38,569 nt of DNA. Source: Octopus bimaculoides. Its lineage: Eukaryota. The translations under genes were made by a program, and so were the position numbers. The stretch spans positions 181,368,617-181,407,185 of the forward strand of contig NC_068981.1 of NCBI RefSeq assembly GCF_001194135.2. Direction: 5' to 3'. Shown in pieces: positions 37,145-38,569 of this stretch. Position 1 is the stretch's first letter. The number at the start of each line of letters is the position of its first letter. The notes beneath the pieces are model-generated. The model saw nothing but the letters and a program-made list of their open reading frames with translations. It searched no databases and had not been told where the DNA came from.

Positions 37145-37628
37145 ACAGGCATGTTAGGGGTTTAAGAAGCTTGCTCTGCAACCATGGTTTTGGGTTCAGT
37201 CCCACTGTGCAGCACTTGGGTAAGTATCTTCTACTATACCTTCAGGCCAACCAATGCCTTGTTAGTGAGTTTAGTGGATGGAAACTGTGTGGAAGCCTCT
37301 GTGTGAGTGTTTGTGTGTGTGTTTGTCCTTTACCACTGCTTAACAACTGGTATTGATGTGTTTATGCCCCTGTAGCTTAGCAGTTTAGCAAAAATGCTTG
37401 ATAGAATAAGTACTAGGCTTAAAAAATAAAACGAGTTCTGAGACTGATTCATTTGACTAAAAATTCAGAGTCTAATGACTGGCCAGAGTCATGACTAAAA
37501 ATTCAGAGTCTAACGACTGGCTAGAGTCATGACTAAAAATTCAGTTTAATGACTGGCCAGAGTCATGACTAAAAATTCAGTTTAATGACTGGCTAGAGTC
37601 TAATGACTGAAACAAGTAAAAGATAAAA
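37145..37628 (+). mobile_element. Family A SINE whose tail carries a 36-38-bp tandem array
   Basis: Head, CORE-like region and tail match; the array is at 37454-37600. Confidence 0.8.
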
Positions 37629-38284
37629 GTAGAGAGTGCTACACTGTATGCAATAATATATATTACATGTTAGAGGCACTAGTGTAGCTAGAGTGTGTGC
37701 CGCCCAGGGCAGCCCTTCCATTTGCTGCCCCTGGACCCCACAAAAACACACACACATATTGCCTACAGCAGACCCAAAAGTGTCACCCCTTTAAAAGTGC
37801 TGCCGTAACTATGAGTGGCTAGAAGATCATCTTAACATCCTAATGGTGACTTGTGTAGAAACTTTATTTAAAGTGAACTAGAGTTGTTGCATACTGTTAG
37901 CCTCAACCTCTTGTCTGTGATCATCTTCAGTCTAGTGGCAAGACCAGGACAAGGTGACTGGGGATGGAGACAGATGCAGTGGACGACCAAACTGTCTTAC
38001 TTGTCCTTATCTTGCTCTCTGCATTCCACAATGTGTTGCTGCAGGTGCCTTCCCCTCCATTGAACCATGAAGGTTTCTTTCATGGAGGTCACAGATCCAG
38101 TCTTCTCATGCATAGGTAAGCAAGCCCTTATATGCTAATTAATCATAAGCCAGGACCTTGATAGACGCTATTATGCCAGGTCAGAGCAGAGCTGAGCTGG
38201 GAACAATAGTGGCTAAGAGATGTTTCCATGCTCCTCAGACCTCTGGAACTTATGAACTCCTATGTATGGCACACTGCTGTATAG

Positions 38285-38420
38285 TACACAGTTTCCATCC
38301 ACTAAACTCACTAACAAGGCATTGGTTGGCCTGAAGATACTTATCCAAGTACCGCACAGTGGGACTGACCCCAAAACCATGGTTGCAGAGCAAGTTTCTT
38401 AACCCCCTAACCATGCCTGT
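38285..38420 (-). mobile_element. Family A head/CORE fragment
   Basis: cagtttccatccactaaactcac...gtgggactgacc...aagtttcttaacc. Confidence 0.6.
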
Positions 38421-38518
38421 AACCATGGAATAAAACAGCTCATGTTATTTAAACCACTGAATAATATTCAATCAAATGGCAATAAATTGACAGAGTATTG
38501 TGGACTGCATTGCAGAGA

Positions 38519-38569
<51 letters not shown>
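38519..38569. repeat. (AG)n microsatellite at the window end
   Basis: Seen directly. Confidence 0.95.

Noticed and set aside
38215-38245. Minus-strand AGAGGT-CTGAGGA-GCATG-GAAAC-ATCTCT
   Set aside because: Both core halves are present, but stem II cannot form and stem III and the cleavage triplet are missing; too degenerate to call.

Overview
AT-rich, repeat-dense eukaryotic genomic DNA with five N-gaps (1088-1326, 6611-7457, 20230-20627, 31689-31698, 32201-33090). The tRNA/CORE-type SINEs, RTE-LINE tails ending in (GAT)n and abundant TA/CA microsatellites point to an octopus scaffold; this is inferred from repeat content, not from a search. The only host protein-coding sequence I can support is one large minus-strand exon (29054->27983, 357 codons + 1 nt) of an SLC46-family MFS transporter (PCFT/SLC46A1- or SLC46A3-like). 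It ends at a GTAAGT donor close to the position and in the phase of human SLC46A1 intron 2. I found no downstream exons, so positions 1-27982 are probably one long intron, or the exons lie in a gap. The rest is transposon-derived: at least four SINE-like families, RTE LINE 3' fragments (two with ORF ends), TTAA-CCCT piggyBac-type MITEs, nested insertions and tandem repeats. The most notable observation is three type-I minimal hammerhead-ribozyme motifs of the Penelope/retrozyme kind. The best one (15674-15743) has an intact core and sits in a 366-bp segment bounded by a perfect 15-bp direct repeat that looks like a target-site duplication. A 70-nt near-perfect hairpin and a 62-bp microsatellite palindrome lie upstream of the SLC46 exon. 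All alignments, folds and identities were done by eye, and most repeat boundaries are approximate.
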